This document shows positions 1 to 9,403 of a DNA stretch of 61,290 nucleotides, in pieces. The notes under the pieces are model-generated. The model searched no databases, was not told the origin of the DNA, and saw nothing but the letters and a program-made list of their open reading frames with translations. Position 1 is the stretch's first letter; every line of letters starts with the position of its first letter. Made by a program: the position numbers and the translations under genes. The stretch is from a virus (Duplodnaviria > Caudoviricetes). The stretch spans positions 1 through 61,290 of the IMG/VR virus record IMGVR_UViG_3300017788_000026, one strand, 5' to 3'.

Positions 1-5
1 ACAGC

Positions 6-3000
6 GTGGTCATGGACACCAATAGCGGCGCCTATTACGCTGTGGTGTACGCAGCAACAGCAACTAGCCTGCAGATACAGCCGGTAAGCGCACAAGGAAA
101 GGAGATGCTGCCTTTCTTACCTAATGGCGATGTGATTAGGCGTGTGCGCGTGTTCTCTACTACAGTAGCCCGCGTCTCTGTGGAGAAGCCGGTATTCAGA
201 TATGAATACACGTTAGCATACTCTAGAGATGCGGGTAGTACGTTTGTGGTGCCTAATCCCACCCTAAAATTTAAGCGCCTCACTTACGATTCTGTAAATG
301 ACGAGTATTCATTAACAGGAGTAGGGGACGATGGCCCGCAGATACCTAAGCTAGATCGTGATACGCAGGTAGTTAACAGAATAGATCAAGGTACGGATAG
401 TTGGGAAAGAGTCCTAGAGCATTTCTTCTTGGAAAGCCGAGAGCCTATTGATGGCCGGCTTTTGTTTACTATGGGAGCCCCCAATACTCTGTATACAGGG
501 GTACGGCAGCCTGTAACGTCCGTACGTTACCATATATCAGGTACGACCCCTGTGTTTGACATAACTGTAACTACCCCAGTTACTTACAGCTCTGGTGATA
601 GATTAGAGCTGATTGATTCTATAAACACGCTAGATCCTGATTTCTGGTATAATCAGGTGTTGAAAGGCAGAACGCTGTTTGTCATATCTGCTAGTGGGCA
701 GACCGTTACAGTAGCTAATCCTACGATTAAAACAGCTGCCGAGCTTACCACTCTCATAGGTGGCGTAAACGTGTTATACACGTTAGCTATAAACACGCAC
801 GCCTCGTCGGCTACTAGAATAGTCGACTCCGGCCTGTTTTTGGTATCTGATATTTTCTTGGCTAAAGAAGACTACAGCCAAGGATTGTTTAGATTCGACG
901 ATCCGCCGGATAGCATAGACCAGCGGCCTTTAGTAGATCCCTTGGTGGCTAATGCGGACCTATTAGATAACGCGCTGCCGTCGGGGGTGACTGTGCTATA
1001 TGCTGGTGGAGGCACATGTCCTCCTGGGTATAAGCGCTTGGATGGATTGAATAGCTCAGCTATCGCAGGTGTTCCTGGTTATCACATACTACCAGATCCT
1101 GATTCTAGGGATTACGACACAACTACAAACCGAACAACGCTAACATGGAATAGCGCCTCTTTTGCGGCGCCTGTCTCATCAGAGAACACTACGCTAACTA
1201 CGCTCTCTGTGACAAGAGACGTGCCTTTGGCTATTCCAGATAATCCCGTAGAAAAAGTAACGGTGTTCCCCGCTATACCCGCAATACAGCCAGGTATGTT
1301 CTTAGGCACTCGACCGATAGACGCAGTAGCGGACCTTAAGGTGCTTGATGAATCTAATCCTGTGTTGGGTTTAGGGGATACGCCTCGTGCGATACGCTTG
1401 GAACCAACAGGAGCTGTAGCCACACATCCTTACGTAGAGCTCGACTCTGTAGGTAATGCCTATGAGATGTGGTTCAAACTAGACGCGCTTGGCAGCAGCA
1501 CACCGGAGCGGCAAGTATTGTTGCAACGCATGTCATTCCCGACAGGGTTTCCTCTCCCTGGTGGGCCGCCATTAGGACAGATTACTGGATGGGAAGTTTA
1601 TCTACATAATGATCTAGGCACCCCAGCTGGAACAGAAGCCCAGCTTGTGCTGAATATATTCACCGGGTCCACCAGAGCACAAGGCCCGGCGCATACATGG
1701 AACAGTGCTAGTGGATCACTTCCTCAGATAATATCTTATACCAGTATTGGGAAGTGGTTATTTTTGTATATTGAGTTCACGCAGGTGTTAAACAGTACTC
1801 AAGTGAGATTAGCTCTGTATGAAGCTAACAGCACTAACCCGATTGTCAACACGACGCAGACGTTTACAAGCCTCCTTCCTTCTGACTTCTCTAGCTTTAC
1901 TACTCCTAGTAGCGTTATTACCGCTGGTCGTGGTAATCGTGGCACTGCAGCTGTGCCTACTGCTAATACTTTGGATAGGGGAGCTTCTATTACTCTCGAT
2001 CTCCTGCGTGTATACGACGCGCCGTTAGCGGGTACAGAGACGCATCTGTTCAATAACGGCAAGGGCAGGCCTCTCGTAGACGAGAACATCACGAGCAATA
2101 CAAATGCTGTACTGTATATGAATGAGGGACAAGGCGTTTTGCTGCAGAACACAGCGGCGACGGCGCCTAGTGGGTTTACTGGCGATGGCGTACTGATAGC
2201 TCCTGCTCAGACTCGTTGGGTTGTTGGATATCTGCGCTCTACAACATCTACAGACGCATACACAGGCGCTGATTACGCCGCTCCTTATGAAGATCGCATC
2301 TCTCAATACCTTATATCTGATCTAACTATTGATATAGGTAATCAGTTATCTACGAAGTTAGTTCCTTCGGCTACTGTGGCTAATCCTGGTCCTAGAGGAC
2401 AGTTCGGAGATGGCGCCGGTAACATCTCATATCCGTACGTAGTTTTTGAAGATGATTATGTAAACGCAGGCAACACCAGTGACCGAGACTTCAAATATGC
2501 CTTCCCTGAGCAGCCTATCGGTCCTATAGGCTTTGGTGTTGTGGGTAAACAGGATAACGTATTCAGATACGCAGGAACACCTGCTGGAAGACTGGAGATA
2601 CGCTTAGTAAAGAGATTGAGCAGCACACGTGTTAGCATAGATGTTGGAGAAGTAATACGTAAAACTGACTTCTTCAACAGTACTCTAGTACAATCAACAC
2701 AGTACATAGACTCGGTCACCCCGGCGATAGGCAAAGCCTTTGTACAAGATGCTAAGGTAGGCGATGTTTATTATTTGAACTGGCGTCACTCCGATGGTGA
2801 CAGATATGGGGAGTTTTTCGCTGAGATAGAGTCCATAACGCCAAAGACTGTATCAGGTAAACTGACGGCTGAAGTAGTTCTACGTCGTTATGATAGGCGT
2901 CCTATAATCTTCAACTGCGATGTGAACACATTCTTATCCAGAACCTCCAGCAATCTACGTCCAGCGAAGCTGTTCGGTATAGGCAAACAAACAAGACCTA

Positions 3001-3416
3001 ATCAGACAACTATAGGAACACCCGGCGTCACTATGCAGCAGCTGACTGTTCAGACAGGCGGTAGTACTAAAAAGATATGGTCAGTGAGAGCTATCGATTA
3101 TTCAGTGGCCGCTACTGTGTATGGTGACGCCTCTGATCCGGCTAGAAGATTGTTTGTTGAACCTTCTGGGTATCTACGTTTTGGCGACTCTGAGCAGCTC
3201 ATAGATTACGGCACATCAGGTCATTCGCACATTGTAGATAAGAAAGACACCGCAATCACAGTAGATAACCTAGTGCCGGTCTTGAAGTTCGGTAGTACGC
3301 AGTTTACCGACACGCCGTTTACAGATGTAGCCTCTGAGCACGATCATGGGTATCTAGAGAAACACAGATGGCCGTTGCCGCCATTTAAACTGTTCACTGT
3401 GTGTACAAAGCTATGA
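6..3416 (+). CDS. Tail fibre/baseplate protein with LamG-like and tail-collar-like segments (probably 5'-truncated by window edge)
   Basis: Collar-like LPSGVTVLYAGGGTCPPGY; LamG-like EMWFKL...LRVYDAPL...LYMNEGQG; C-terminal HxH motifs and PPF..VCTKL end typical of fibre tips. Confidence 0.7.
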   Translation: MVMDTNSGAYYAVVYAATATSLQIQPVSAQGKEMLPFLPNGDVIRRVRVFSTTVARVSVEKPVFRYEYTLAYSRDAGSTFVVPNPTLKFKRLTYDSVNDEYSLTGVGDDGPQIPKLDRDTQVVNRIDQGTDSWERVLEHFFLESREPIDGRLLFTMGAPNTLYTGVRQPVTSVRYHISGTTPVFDITVTTPVTYSSGDRLELIDSINTLDPDFWYNQVLKGRTLFVISASGQTVTVANPTIKTAAELTTLIGGVNVLYTLAINTHASSATRIVDSGLFLVSDIFLAKEDYSQGLFRFDDPPDSIDQRPLVDPLVANADLLDNALPSGVTVLYAGGGTCPPGYKRLDGLNSSAIAGVPGYHILPDPDSRDYDTTTNRTTLTWNSASFAAPVSSENTTLTTLSVTRDVPLAIPDNPVEKVTVFPAIPAIQPGMFLGTRPIDAVADLKVLDESNPVLGLGDTPRAIRLEPTGAVATHPYVELDSVGNAYEMWFKLDALGSSTPERQVLLQRMSFPTGFPLPGGPPLGQITGWEVYLHNDLGTPAGTEAQLVLNIFTGSTRAQGPAHTWNSASGSLPQIISYTSIGKWLFLYIEFTQVLNSTQVRLALYEANSTNPIVNTTQTFTSLLPSDFSSFTTPSSVITAGRGNRGTAAVPTANTLDRGASITLDLLRVYDAPLAGTETHLFNNGKGRPLVDENITSNTNAVLYMNEGQGVLLQNTAATAPSGFTGDGVLIAPAQTRWVVGYLRSTTSTDAYTGADYAAPYEDRISQYLISDLTIDIGNQLSTKLVPSATVANPGPRGQFGDGAGNISYPYVVFEDDYVNAGNTSDRDFKYAFPEQPIGPIGFGVVGKQDNVFRYAGTPAGRLEIRLVKRLSSTRVSIDVGEVIRKTDFFNSTLVQSTQYIDSVTPAIGKAFVQDAKVGDVYYLNWRHSDGDRYGEFFAEIESITPKTVSGKLTAEVVLRRYDRRPIIFNCDVNTFLSRTSSNLRPAKLFGIGKQTRPNQTTIGTPGVTMQQLTVQTGGSTKKIWSVRAIDYSVAATVYGDASDPARRLFVEPSGYLRFGDSEQLIDYGTSGHSHIVDKKDTAITVDNLVPVLKFGSTQFTDTPFTDVASEHDHGYLEKHRWPLPPFKLFTVCTKL

Positions 3417-4537
3417 GAATATATGATCTGTTCTTAGCCACCGCGGACGCCTCGGCTGTTGTTAACTGGGTTAATAACGGAGGATTCACGGCATTTGATC
3501 ACGCCCTCACCCGGGTCAAGAATAACAGCTTAGCCAGACGCGGCTTTGATACAAATAACCTACCAGACCAGTCCGTGATCGACGGCTCCGTTGCTTACGA
3601 TACCATAGACGCAGTTGATTACACAGCTATTACGTATTCTGGCGGCATAACTGACATCGCCTTGAAGAGTGTTGGTAGCTGGCACATATACGGAACTTCT
3701 GGTTCTGTTACCATATCACCTAAAATAGATGGTAAGGTCTTATATTCGTTTGATGGTGGTAACTTACTAGTGGTCTCCGCAGATCCTGGTACAGTAACAT
3801 TGGATCAACCTATAGATTACTTCTTACCTTTACTTGGCGAGGAAGTGACTGTGGCGTTTAGTGGGCGAAAGCTTAAATCCGCGGCTAAGGTAGAGGTCAT
3901 GCTGATGTTGGATGATGTTCCCGTGCTCAGCATGGTGACACAATCACAATTCTTTGGTGATTACAAGAGACAATCCAAATCCGCTATGATGCCTAAAGAA
4001 GGTAAAAAAATGGTTCTTAGAATAAAGCTGTCCAGCCTAGACAGCTTTAGCTTTGGACTATCAGGTATATCCATGGTTATGGGCAGCACACCGCTACCGC
4101 CGTTTACGCCCAGCTTGGCCGATACAACAATACCAAGCGGCACAGTCATTCTGTTTGAAGGCGCCGATTGCCCAACCGGCTACACATCTGTGGGTGATAA
4201 TAGATTAGCTTTGGTATCGGGTATGCCTGCTAGACTAAATGAGGTTAGCAGCATAACAGAGGCTGGCGCTAAGACACACGACCATGATCCGTCATTTGGT
4301 TCTATAGATGGCTTAGAAGAGGCCTCTACAGAAGAGCACGGTACAGGGCAAGTATCTGCTGGATCAATGATAAGCCTAAAAGGCGTACTCGAAGATGCTC
4401 TAGCTTTGGATGCTAACGGCTCGTATGCGCATTCTGTGCCTGTTGCAGCACTGATAAAGAGGCACACGCACTTTGTGACATCGGATATGCCCTCCATTCC
4501 GCCTTGTTTCCCTGTTCTGTTTTGTAAAAAAATATAG
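3413..4537 (+). CDS. Tail collar-domain fibre protein
   Basis: IPSGTVILFEGADCPTGY, HDH/HTH motifs, PPCFPVLFCKKI end; ATG at 3413 overlaps upstream TGA. Confidence 0.7.
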   Translation: MRIYDLFLATADASAVVNWVNNGGFTAFDHALTRVKNNSLARRGFDTNNLPDQSVIDGSVAYDTIDAVDYTAITYSGGITDIALKSVGSWHIYGTSGSVTISPKIDGKVLYSFDGGNLLVVSADPGTVTLDQPIDYFLPLLGEEVTVAFSGRKLKSAAKVEVMLMLDDVPVLSMVTQSQFFGDYKRQSKSAMMPKEGKKMVLRIKLSSLDSFSFGLSGISMVMGSTPLPPFTPSLADTTIPSGTVILFEGADCPTGYTSVGDNRLALVSGMPARLNEVSSITEAGAKTHDHDPSFGSIDGLEEASTEEHGTGQVSAGSMISLKGVLEDALALDANGSYAHSVPVAALIKRHTHFVTSDMPSIPPCFPVLFCKKI

Positions 4538-4554
4538 GGGCCCTAAGGCCCCTA
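4535..4554. terminator. Bidirectional hairpin between convergent genes
   Basis: TAGGGGCC-CTAA-GGCCCCTA with A-tract on the left. Confidence 0.75.
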
Positions 4555-4557
4555 CAG

Positions 4558-4890
4558 TTAATCAACAAAAGTTAACCGGATGTTCTCTTCCTCGAACAGC
4601 TGAGTTAAGCGCCGCTCCCTGACGGGATCAGACAGCGCCGAGCTGTCGTTGAAGTGCATGCACTGCATAGCAAAACTGTTGTGCACGCCTTTGTTATCTG
4701 TGAACAGGGACGGGCCGTTGAATACAGCGTCCGGAAACAGCTCGCCACGTAACCTATCTTGTGTCACGTTATTAATGCGACGCATGCAGTGGCCTATGAT
4801 ATCCGAGCAGCCATTTTCGTCCAACAGCTCGGAGCTGTTGCCGTCTTGGCCGCGCAACCATTCGTGTCTTTTTACTGTTAGAGTCTTCAT
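4558..4890 (-). CDS. Hypothetical phage protein
   Basis: Clean 110-aa ORF, likely start MKTLTV. Confidence 0.7.
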   Translation of the reverse strand: MKTLTVKRHEWLRGQDGNSSELLDENGCSDIIGHCMRRINNVTQDRLRGELFPDAVFNGPSLFTDNKGVHNSFAMQCMHFNDSSALSDPVRERRLTQLFEEENIRLTFVD

Positions 4891-5068
4891 TTTAGTCTTG
4901 AGAGAAATCAATCAGCTTGTTTTTTGTCTAAATGCGCTAGCAGGTTATTTAGTGTTTTAGCCATGTTTTTGCTGGCTAAGTCCATATAGAAGGCCTCTTT
5001 AGTCCAAACAGCCTTATTTTTTGGGTCTATGGCGGCATACGCCTCTAATAGCTCCATTAGTAGTTTCT

Positions 5069-5311
5069 CTAAGGGATCGCTTCCCATAGCTCTATCTCCA
5101 GTGTGCGGTAAGACCGCAGAAAAGGGTGTGACAAAAAATGTTCTCTTAGCTCGTCCGCGGCATTGTTACCAACTAGCTTAGCTATTAACGGGGTTTCTAT
5201 CACATGACCAGGCGGTCCAGATATGATAAAGTAGGTATCCCCCAGCGCCACCAAGAGAGTGTATAGCGCCTCAGACGCCGGCGCGGCGAACGGCTTAGAG
5301 CGGAAGTTCAT
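5069..5311 (-). CDS. Microprotein, array A
   Basis: 80 aa, overlaps neighbour, GDTYFII motif. Confidence 0.6.
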   Translation of the reverse strand: MNFRSKPFAAPASEALYTLLVALGDTYFIISGPPGHVIETPLIAKLVGNNAADELREHFLSHPFLRSYRTLEIELWEAIP

Positions 5312-5501
5312 GTGCGCTGGGAGTTAGTGTATCTGACCAGTCGAGTGGCAGTGTCATCGGAGCTTCATCGGCCAGCACTCTACACGCAGCGGGCGAATAT
5401 AAAGCAATAGATGCTGTAGACAGGATGAATGAATACGTGGTCGCGATTTCAAATCCTAAGTACGGTACGTCATCTAGTATGGCGGCGGCAGTTCGGTTCA
5501 T
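5295..5501 (-). CDS. Microprotein, array A
   Basis: 68 aa, ATGA coupling. Confidence 0.6.
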   Translation of the reverse strand: MNRTAAAILDDVPYLGFEIATTYSFILSTASIALYSPAACRVLADEAPMTLPLDWSDTLTPSAHELPL

Positions 5502-5722
5502 TCGAAGGCGCTGTGTTCTTCTGCGTCAAGGCTACAATTAGCGAAACTGATTGTATCAACATCGACGCTGAGGAGGTGTGCGAGCTGCTCATCGGGCGCC
5601 CGCACGAGTGCTCGCGGCCCGGGTATAAAGGGGTCACATAGAATCAACGATGTAGTAGGCCACCAGGACGCGGCTCCAATCTCGTTAAATAGCTGTGCTA
5701 TTCTATCGGATACTCTATACAT
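5498..5722 (-). CDS. Microprotein, array A
   Basis: 74 aa, overlaps both neighbours. Confidence 0.55.
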   Translation of the reverse strand: MYRVSDRIAQLFNEIGAASWWPTTSLILCDPFIPGPRALVRAPDEQLAHLLSVDVDTISFANCSLDAEEHSAFE

Positions 5723-5937
5723 TCGGCATCTTCCAGTACTCTACTGGAAAAGAAGGCTGGTCGCATCGTTCTCATAAACGCCATGTACTCTTTAGAGCCT
5801 CGTGAGCATACCTTATATACAAGCACATCGCTGTCGCGTAGCTTACCAGAAGGTTTTATAGCGCTGTTGCTGTTCCAAACAGCAGAAAATAGCTGTTTGA
5901 ACTCTTTCTTATCTAAATCAATCGGCAGCGATTGCAT
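5698..5937 (-). CDS. Microprotein, array A
   Basis: 79 aa, overlaps both neighbours. Confidence 0.6.
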   Translation of the reverse strand: MQSLPIDLDKKEFKQLFSAVWNSNSAIKPSGKLRDSDVLVYKVCSRGSKEYMAFMRTMRPAFFSSRVLEDAECIEYPIE

Positions 5938-6130
5938 AGAACAGGCCTACACCAGGCGTTCGTAACTGAGTATTGTTCATTAAAGGGCCTAAACGGAACT
6001 CATAAAACAAATGAGAGATCTGCCCGCCGCTAGCTGTCGCGTACCCGTAGGGAGAGAAAGAAGCGGGCCAGTATTTGCTCGTGCATATAGCATAGACTGC
6101 TTCGTGTATTTTTGGGCCGTCTTTGTTCAT
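5918..6130 (-). CDS. Microprotein, array A
   Basis: 70 aa, starts 1 nt after upstream stop. Confidence 0.6.
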   Translation of the reverse strand: MNKDGPKIHEAVYAICTSKYWPASFSPYGYATASGGQISHLFYEFRLGPLMNNTQLRTPGVGLFYAIAAD

Positions 6131-6131
6131 T

Positions 6132-6392
6132 TTAATCTATTACCGCAGATATTTTTATTGCATCCACTATTTCGTGATCTACCTGTACTATATACGCAAC
6201 TGAGAATGTGTTCATTAAATCAAGCGCAGCATCGTTGCGGTGGGCGGCTGTCGTTAGGATTTCTATAGCGTCTCGTGTGAGGCTTATGTACGACAAGGCT
6301 CCACTCAAGGCTCCACTCTCAAATACAAAATAAGCAACATCTCCGAAAAAGACGCTGCGTATCATTTTTTCTGCTAGTGTGGGTTCTGTCAT
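6132..6392 (-). CDS. Microprotein, array A
   Basis: 86 aa, VAYFVF motif. Confidence 0.6.
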   Translation of the reverse strand: MTEPTLAEKMIRSVFFGDVAYFVFESGALSGALSYISLTRDAIEILTTAAHRNDAALDLMNTFSVAYIVQVDHEIVDAIKISAVID

Positions 6393-6402
6393 TACCGCGT
6401 AT

Positions 6403-6639
6403 TTAGAGCGGATGGAGCTCGCTATAACATATGGTAGATACTATATCGACAGCTCTAGCTTGCAGGTATCCTGTTCTGATACTCCTTAGCTCGCGCTCGT
6501 GTTTGTATCGGCTTATGTCATATACATAGCGTTGGGTTTCTGCATACACGTCAGAATGATCGGCCATCCCGTGCCTGAAAACAAATCCCAGCTCACTGGA
6601 GCATATTATGGGTGCAGCTAATTTACGAAGTCGGCTCAT
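6403..6639 (-). CDS. Microprotein, array A
   Basis: 78 aa, ELGFVF motif. Confidence 0.6.
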   Translation of the reverse strand: MSRLRKLAAPIICSSELGFVFRHGMADHSDVYAETQRYVYDISRYKHERELRSIRTGYLQARAVDIVSTICYSELHPL

Positions 6640-6722
6640 AATTCAAGATCGTAGGGTGGATCATGGCTCAATAAATAAGCGTACTTCTTGCTATTAGACA
6701 CATTTTATTGGTATTTGATGAG

Positions 6723-6956
6723 TTAGACATCTACTTGAACAGCCGCGCTTCGTAAATCAACCCCAGTGAAAATTTGGAGCGGCGTTCCGGCGCTGGGTGG
6801 GCCGTTGTATACACTAAGTACCATGCCACTGATCACGTGGCTTGGTGGGTACCCGTAAAGTCCGCCGCCCAGGCAAAAGTCAAGTACCACTGTTTCAGCA
6901 ACAATACGCCTTAACCCGGCGCTAGTAATATATTGTTCGAGTAGTTCCTCTATCAC
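6723..6956 (-). CDS. Microprotein, array A (first gene after promoter motif)
   Basis: 77 aa, GTG start. Confidence 0.55.
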   Translation of the reverse strand: MIEELLEQYITSAGLRRIVAETVVLDFCLGGGLYGYPPSHVISGMVLSVYNGPPSAGTPLQIFTGVDLRSAAVQVDV

Positions 6957-6992
6957 AAAGCACCTGTTGTAAAAAAGAAGATCAGCACCATA

Positions 6993-7032
6993 CTTCTTAT
7001 GACAACTTACAGCCCTTTTTTGTCATAAGAAG
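6993..7032. promoter_or_regulatory. Divergent pair of GTCATAAGA promoter-like motifs (13-bp inverted repeat)
   Basis: CTTCTTATGACAA (6993-7005) and TTGTCATAAGAAG (7020-7032) between divergent gene blocks. Confidence 0.7.
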
Positions 7033-7106
7033 CGTATGAATAGAGTTATTCGGTATTGCTACACGTGTAGTGAGCACATTGATCCTAGAGATCCAGCGAG
7101 CCACAA

Positions 7107-7352
7107 ATGCCTTCTGGTAATCGTGCACAAGTAACCCTTTATTTAAACGTCGATGGTGACGATATAACAGTATCTAAGGTTCTTGATCACGTAGAATCAA
7201 AAGCCGTAGCTATTGCAGAGATGACAAGGATGACCCTTAAAATGTTCAAGGGTTGTGTAGTCATAGTAGACGTGGAGGCCGCCCTGTGGTGCCACGACTG
7301 TGACTACGACGAAAAAGACAAACCTAAACCGAAAGTGTGTAACTGTGTTTAA
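7107..7352 (+). CDS. Small hypothetical protein with CxxC/CxC
   Basis: 81-aa ORF. Confidence 0.55.
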   Translation: MPSGNRAQVTLYLNVDGDDITVSKVLDHVESKAVAIAEMTRMTLKMFKGCVVIVDVEAALWCHDCDYDEKDKPKPKVCNCV

Positions 7353-7692
7353 TGTTTTTGATGGAAGTTGGGTCAACAAGGGCTGGCAATGCCCCGTTTG
7401 TGGCGCTGTGTTCGCGCCCCACGCTTATCAGTGTTCGAACTGCGTCCCGTATAAGTCTGTTACAACAGATAAGATAGTGCCTTTACAGCCTGTCCCCGAG
7501 AAACCTGTGCCTGGTACTACAGCACCTATTTACTATCATAGAGCGTGTACCAAGTGCGGTCATTTGAGACCACCTGATCAGCTCGATGTAAACGGTGCGT
7601 GCGCTGGGTCGTGTAGCCTGCCATATATCCCAGGAACTCCAGGGCCGACCGTGATGTGGCGCACGCCCTCTAGTACCGCCAGGTCTCTTTGA
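7300..7692 (+). CDS. Small zinc-finger protein (start probably near 7346)
   Basis: GWQCPVCGAVFAP...CSNC and a second CTKC...C. Confidence 0.6.
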   Translation: MTTTKKTNLNRKCVTVFNVFDGSWVNKGWQCPVCGAVFAPHAYQCSNCVPYKSVTTDKIVPLQPVPEKPVPGTTAPIYYHRACTKCGHLRPPDQLDVNGACAGSCSLPYIPGTPGPTVMWRTPSSTARSL

Positions 7693-7946
7693 TCCCCATA
7701 CTATTTTACTCGCCGTATTGCAACATCTGCCCTGGAGTCATAACCAGGGCAGTTGAATACTTTAATCAAAAAGGTATAACCTTGATGATAAGAATGCCGA
7801 CAGCTAAGGACAAAACCTATGTAAAGGGAGTACCGGCCCTATTCGTTCCAAAAGAACTAGGTGCTTTTGATGCTTCCTATCTGCTTATCGGCGAACAGAT
7901 ACCGGACTGGCTCCACAACATGACTGATAAAATCAAATGTCGATAA
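7689..7946 (+). CDS. Thioredoxin/glutaredoxin-like protein
   Basis: FYSPYCNICP CxxC motif and VKGVPAL cis-Pro motif. Confidence 0.65.
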   Translation: MIPILFYSPYCNICPGVITRAVEYFNQKGITLMIRMPTAKDKTYVKGVPALFVPKELGAFDASYLLIGEQIPDWLHNMTDKIKCR

Positions 7947-9403
7947 AGATCATAACAGCCGCTCTGCCAGTCGCTTTTGTTGGAACCGCGTATTCTGTTA
8001 GGGCACAAACCCGAGGAGCAGAAACAGGAAATCTGACTTGGGGAGCCGTGGGATTACCCACCGGCTTTTCTTTTAGTTCAGCGGGTGTTTTATCGGCTTT
8101 ATCAGGAGCTCTAACCGGAACCTCAGTGGGGATTTACCCCATCACCATCTCCGTAAATGACACGGTTACAACGGATCAAGTATCTTTTGATTTAACAGTG
8201 CGTCCCGCGGAATACCTCCGCGCCCGCCCGCTTGTCTTAGACCCCAGACTAGAGAGCCTTCTAAACCTATACGAAATAGGCGGCCTCACAAGAGAAGAAG
8301 TAACTGCTCACTTTCGCGGCCGCGCCCATCCATCAATACTTCTAGAATCCCCACACAGTTACGCAGCAGATAAACTAGTCCACTCAGCATCTGATATATC
8401 TTTTGAGGACATATCCGCGTCACCCGTCGGCTCACCTGATACACGTTCAGTAAAAGATGTAATAATTGATCTCATAAACAATACCTCAGTAATAACCGTA
8501 GATTCACTATCTGATAGCTTAGATATCTATACAGGCTTAGTGTCCAACGCCCACCAATTCCGCGGCCTCCGCCAAGGCGCCAATGTTAACATAGAGGCAA
8601 CCCAAAACGATCTAAGAGTATCCTATCTAGCCTCATCAGTTCCCGCCGCCCACACCGCTGGTATTAGTAACTCACTATCATCAGATATACTACCAACACT
8701 ATCTTTACCAGGCGATTGGCGCGCAGGAAATCAAGACGCGAGCCCTGATACTCCAAGCATATCTCCTATAGCAATAAATCATAACGGCGCTCACCTATAT
8801 CCATGCGGTACATTCAGCGCCTACGATCTAAAGAGATATCCCCACAACGGACATAGAAGAATAGCTGGCGAATCCATAGCCTCACATAGTGGATTCTATG
8901 GATACGCTGATGGCTATCATATCGCCCCTGAAGCAATAGCTGGTAAGACGCTTCAATTCGTAGCTAGAGGCAGAGTCAAAATAGTACGTCCTGATACGTT
9001 CATTGAGTTCGTATTCGAGCCCGATGTACGCCTCTCGCCGCCCGTACACTCACCTTCGCCCTCAGTTGATCAAAGAATGGTCTTCTTTAGTGATGAGGTG
9101 GGTGTATCTTGGAGCGATGATACATACAGACCATGCGAGTTCTCAGGCACCGTCACATTCAGTAATTACAACTCATGGCAATGGTCAGGTTTGTTCACAA
9201 TAACCGGTCTGTCTGGCCAAGTAATCATGAGCCGCCTAGTTAGTGGCTCAAAAACTGATTCGAACTTCAGCTATCTAGACGGCGCCTTACTAGGTATCCG
9301 CTATAGAATTGATTGCATAGCTAATAAGCACATCTGGAATAACACGTTCCAAGGAATAGGTAACGAGCTCCGCTGGAATCACTTCATGATAGGGCCTCAA
9401 TGA
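7937..9403 (+). CDS. Virion protein with N-terminal putative Ig (He_PIG-like) domain
   Basis: LPVAFVGTAYS...GLPTGFSFSSAGVLS...YPITISVND. Confidence 0.65.
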   Translation: MSIKIITAALPVAFVGTAYSVRAQTRGAETGNLTWGAVGLPTGFSFSSAGVLSALSGALTGTSVGIYPITISVNDTVTTDQVSFDLTVRPAEYLRARPLVLDPRLESLLNLYEIGGLTREEVTAHFRGRAHPSILLESPHSYAADKLVHSASDISFEDISASPVGSPDTRSVKDVIIDLINNTSVITVDSLSDSLDIYTGLVSNAHQFRGLRQGANVNIEATQNDLRVSYLASSVPAAHTAGISNSLSSDILPTLSLPGDWRAGNQDASPDTPSISPIAINHNGAHLYPCGTFSAYDLKRYPHNGHRRIAGESIASHSGFYGYADGYHIAPEAIAGKTLQFVARGRVKIVRPDTFIEFVFEPDVRLSPPVHSPSPSVDQRMVFFSDEVGVSWSDDTYRPCEFSGTVTFSNYNSWQWSGLFTITGLSGQVIMSRLVSGSKTDSNFSYLDGALLGIRYRIDCIANKHIWNNTFQGIGNELRWNHFMIGPQ

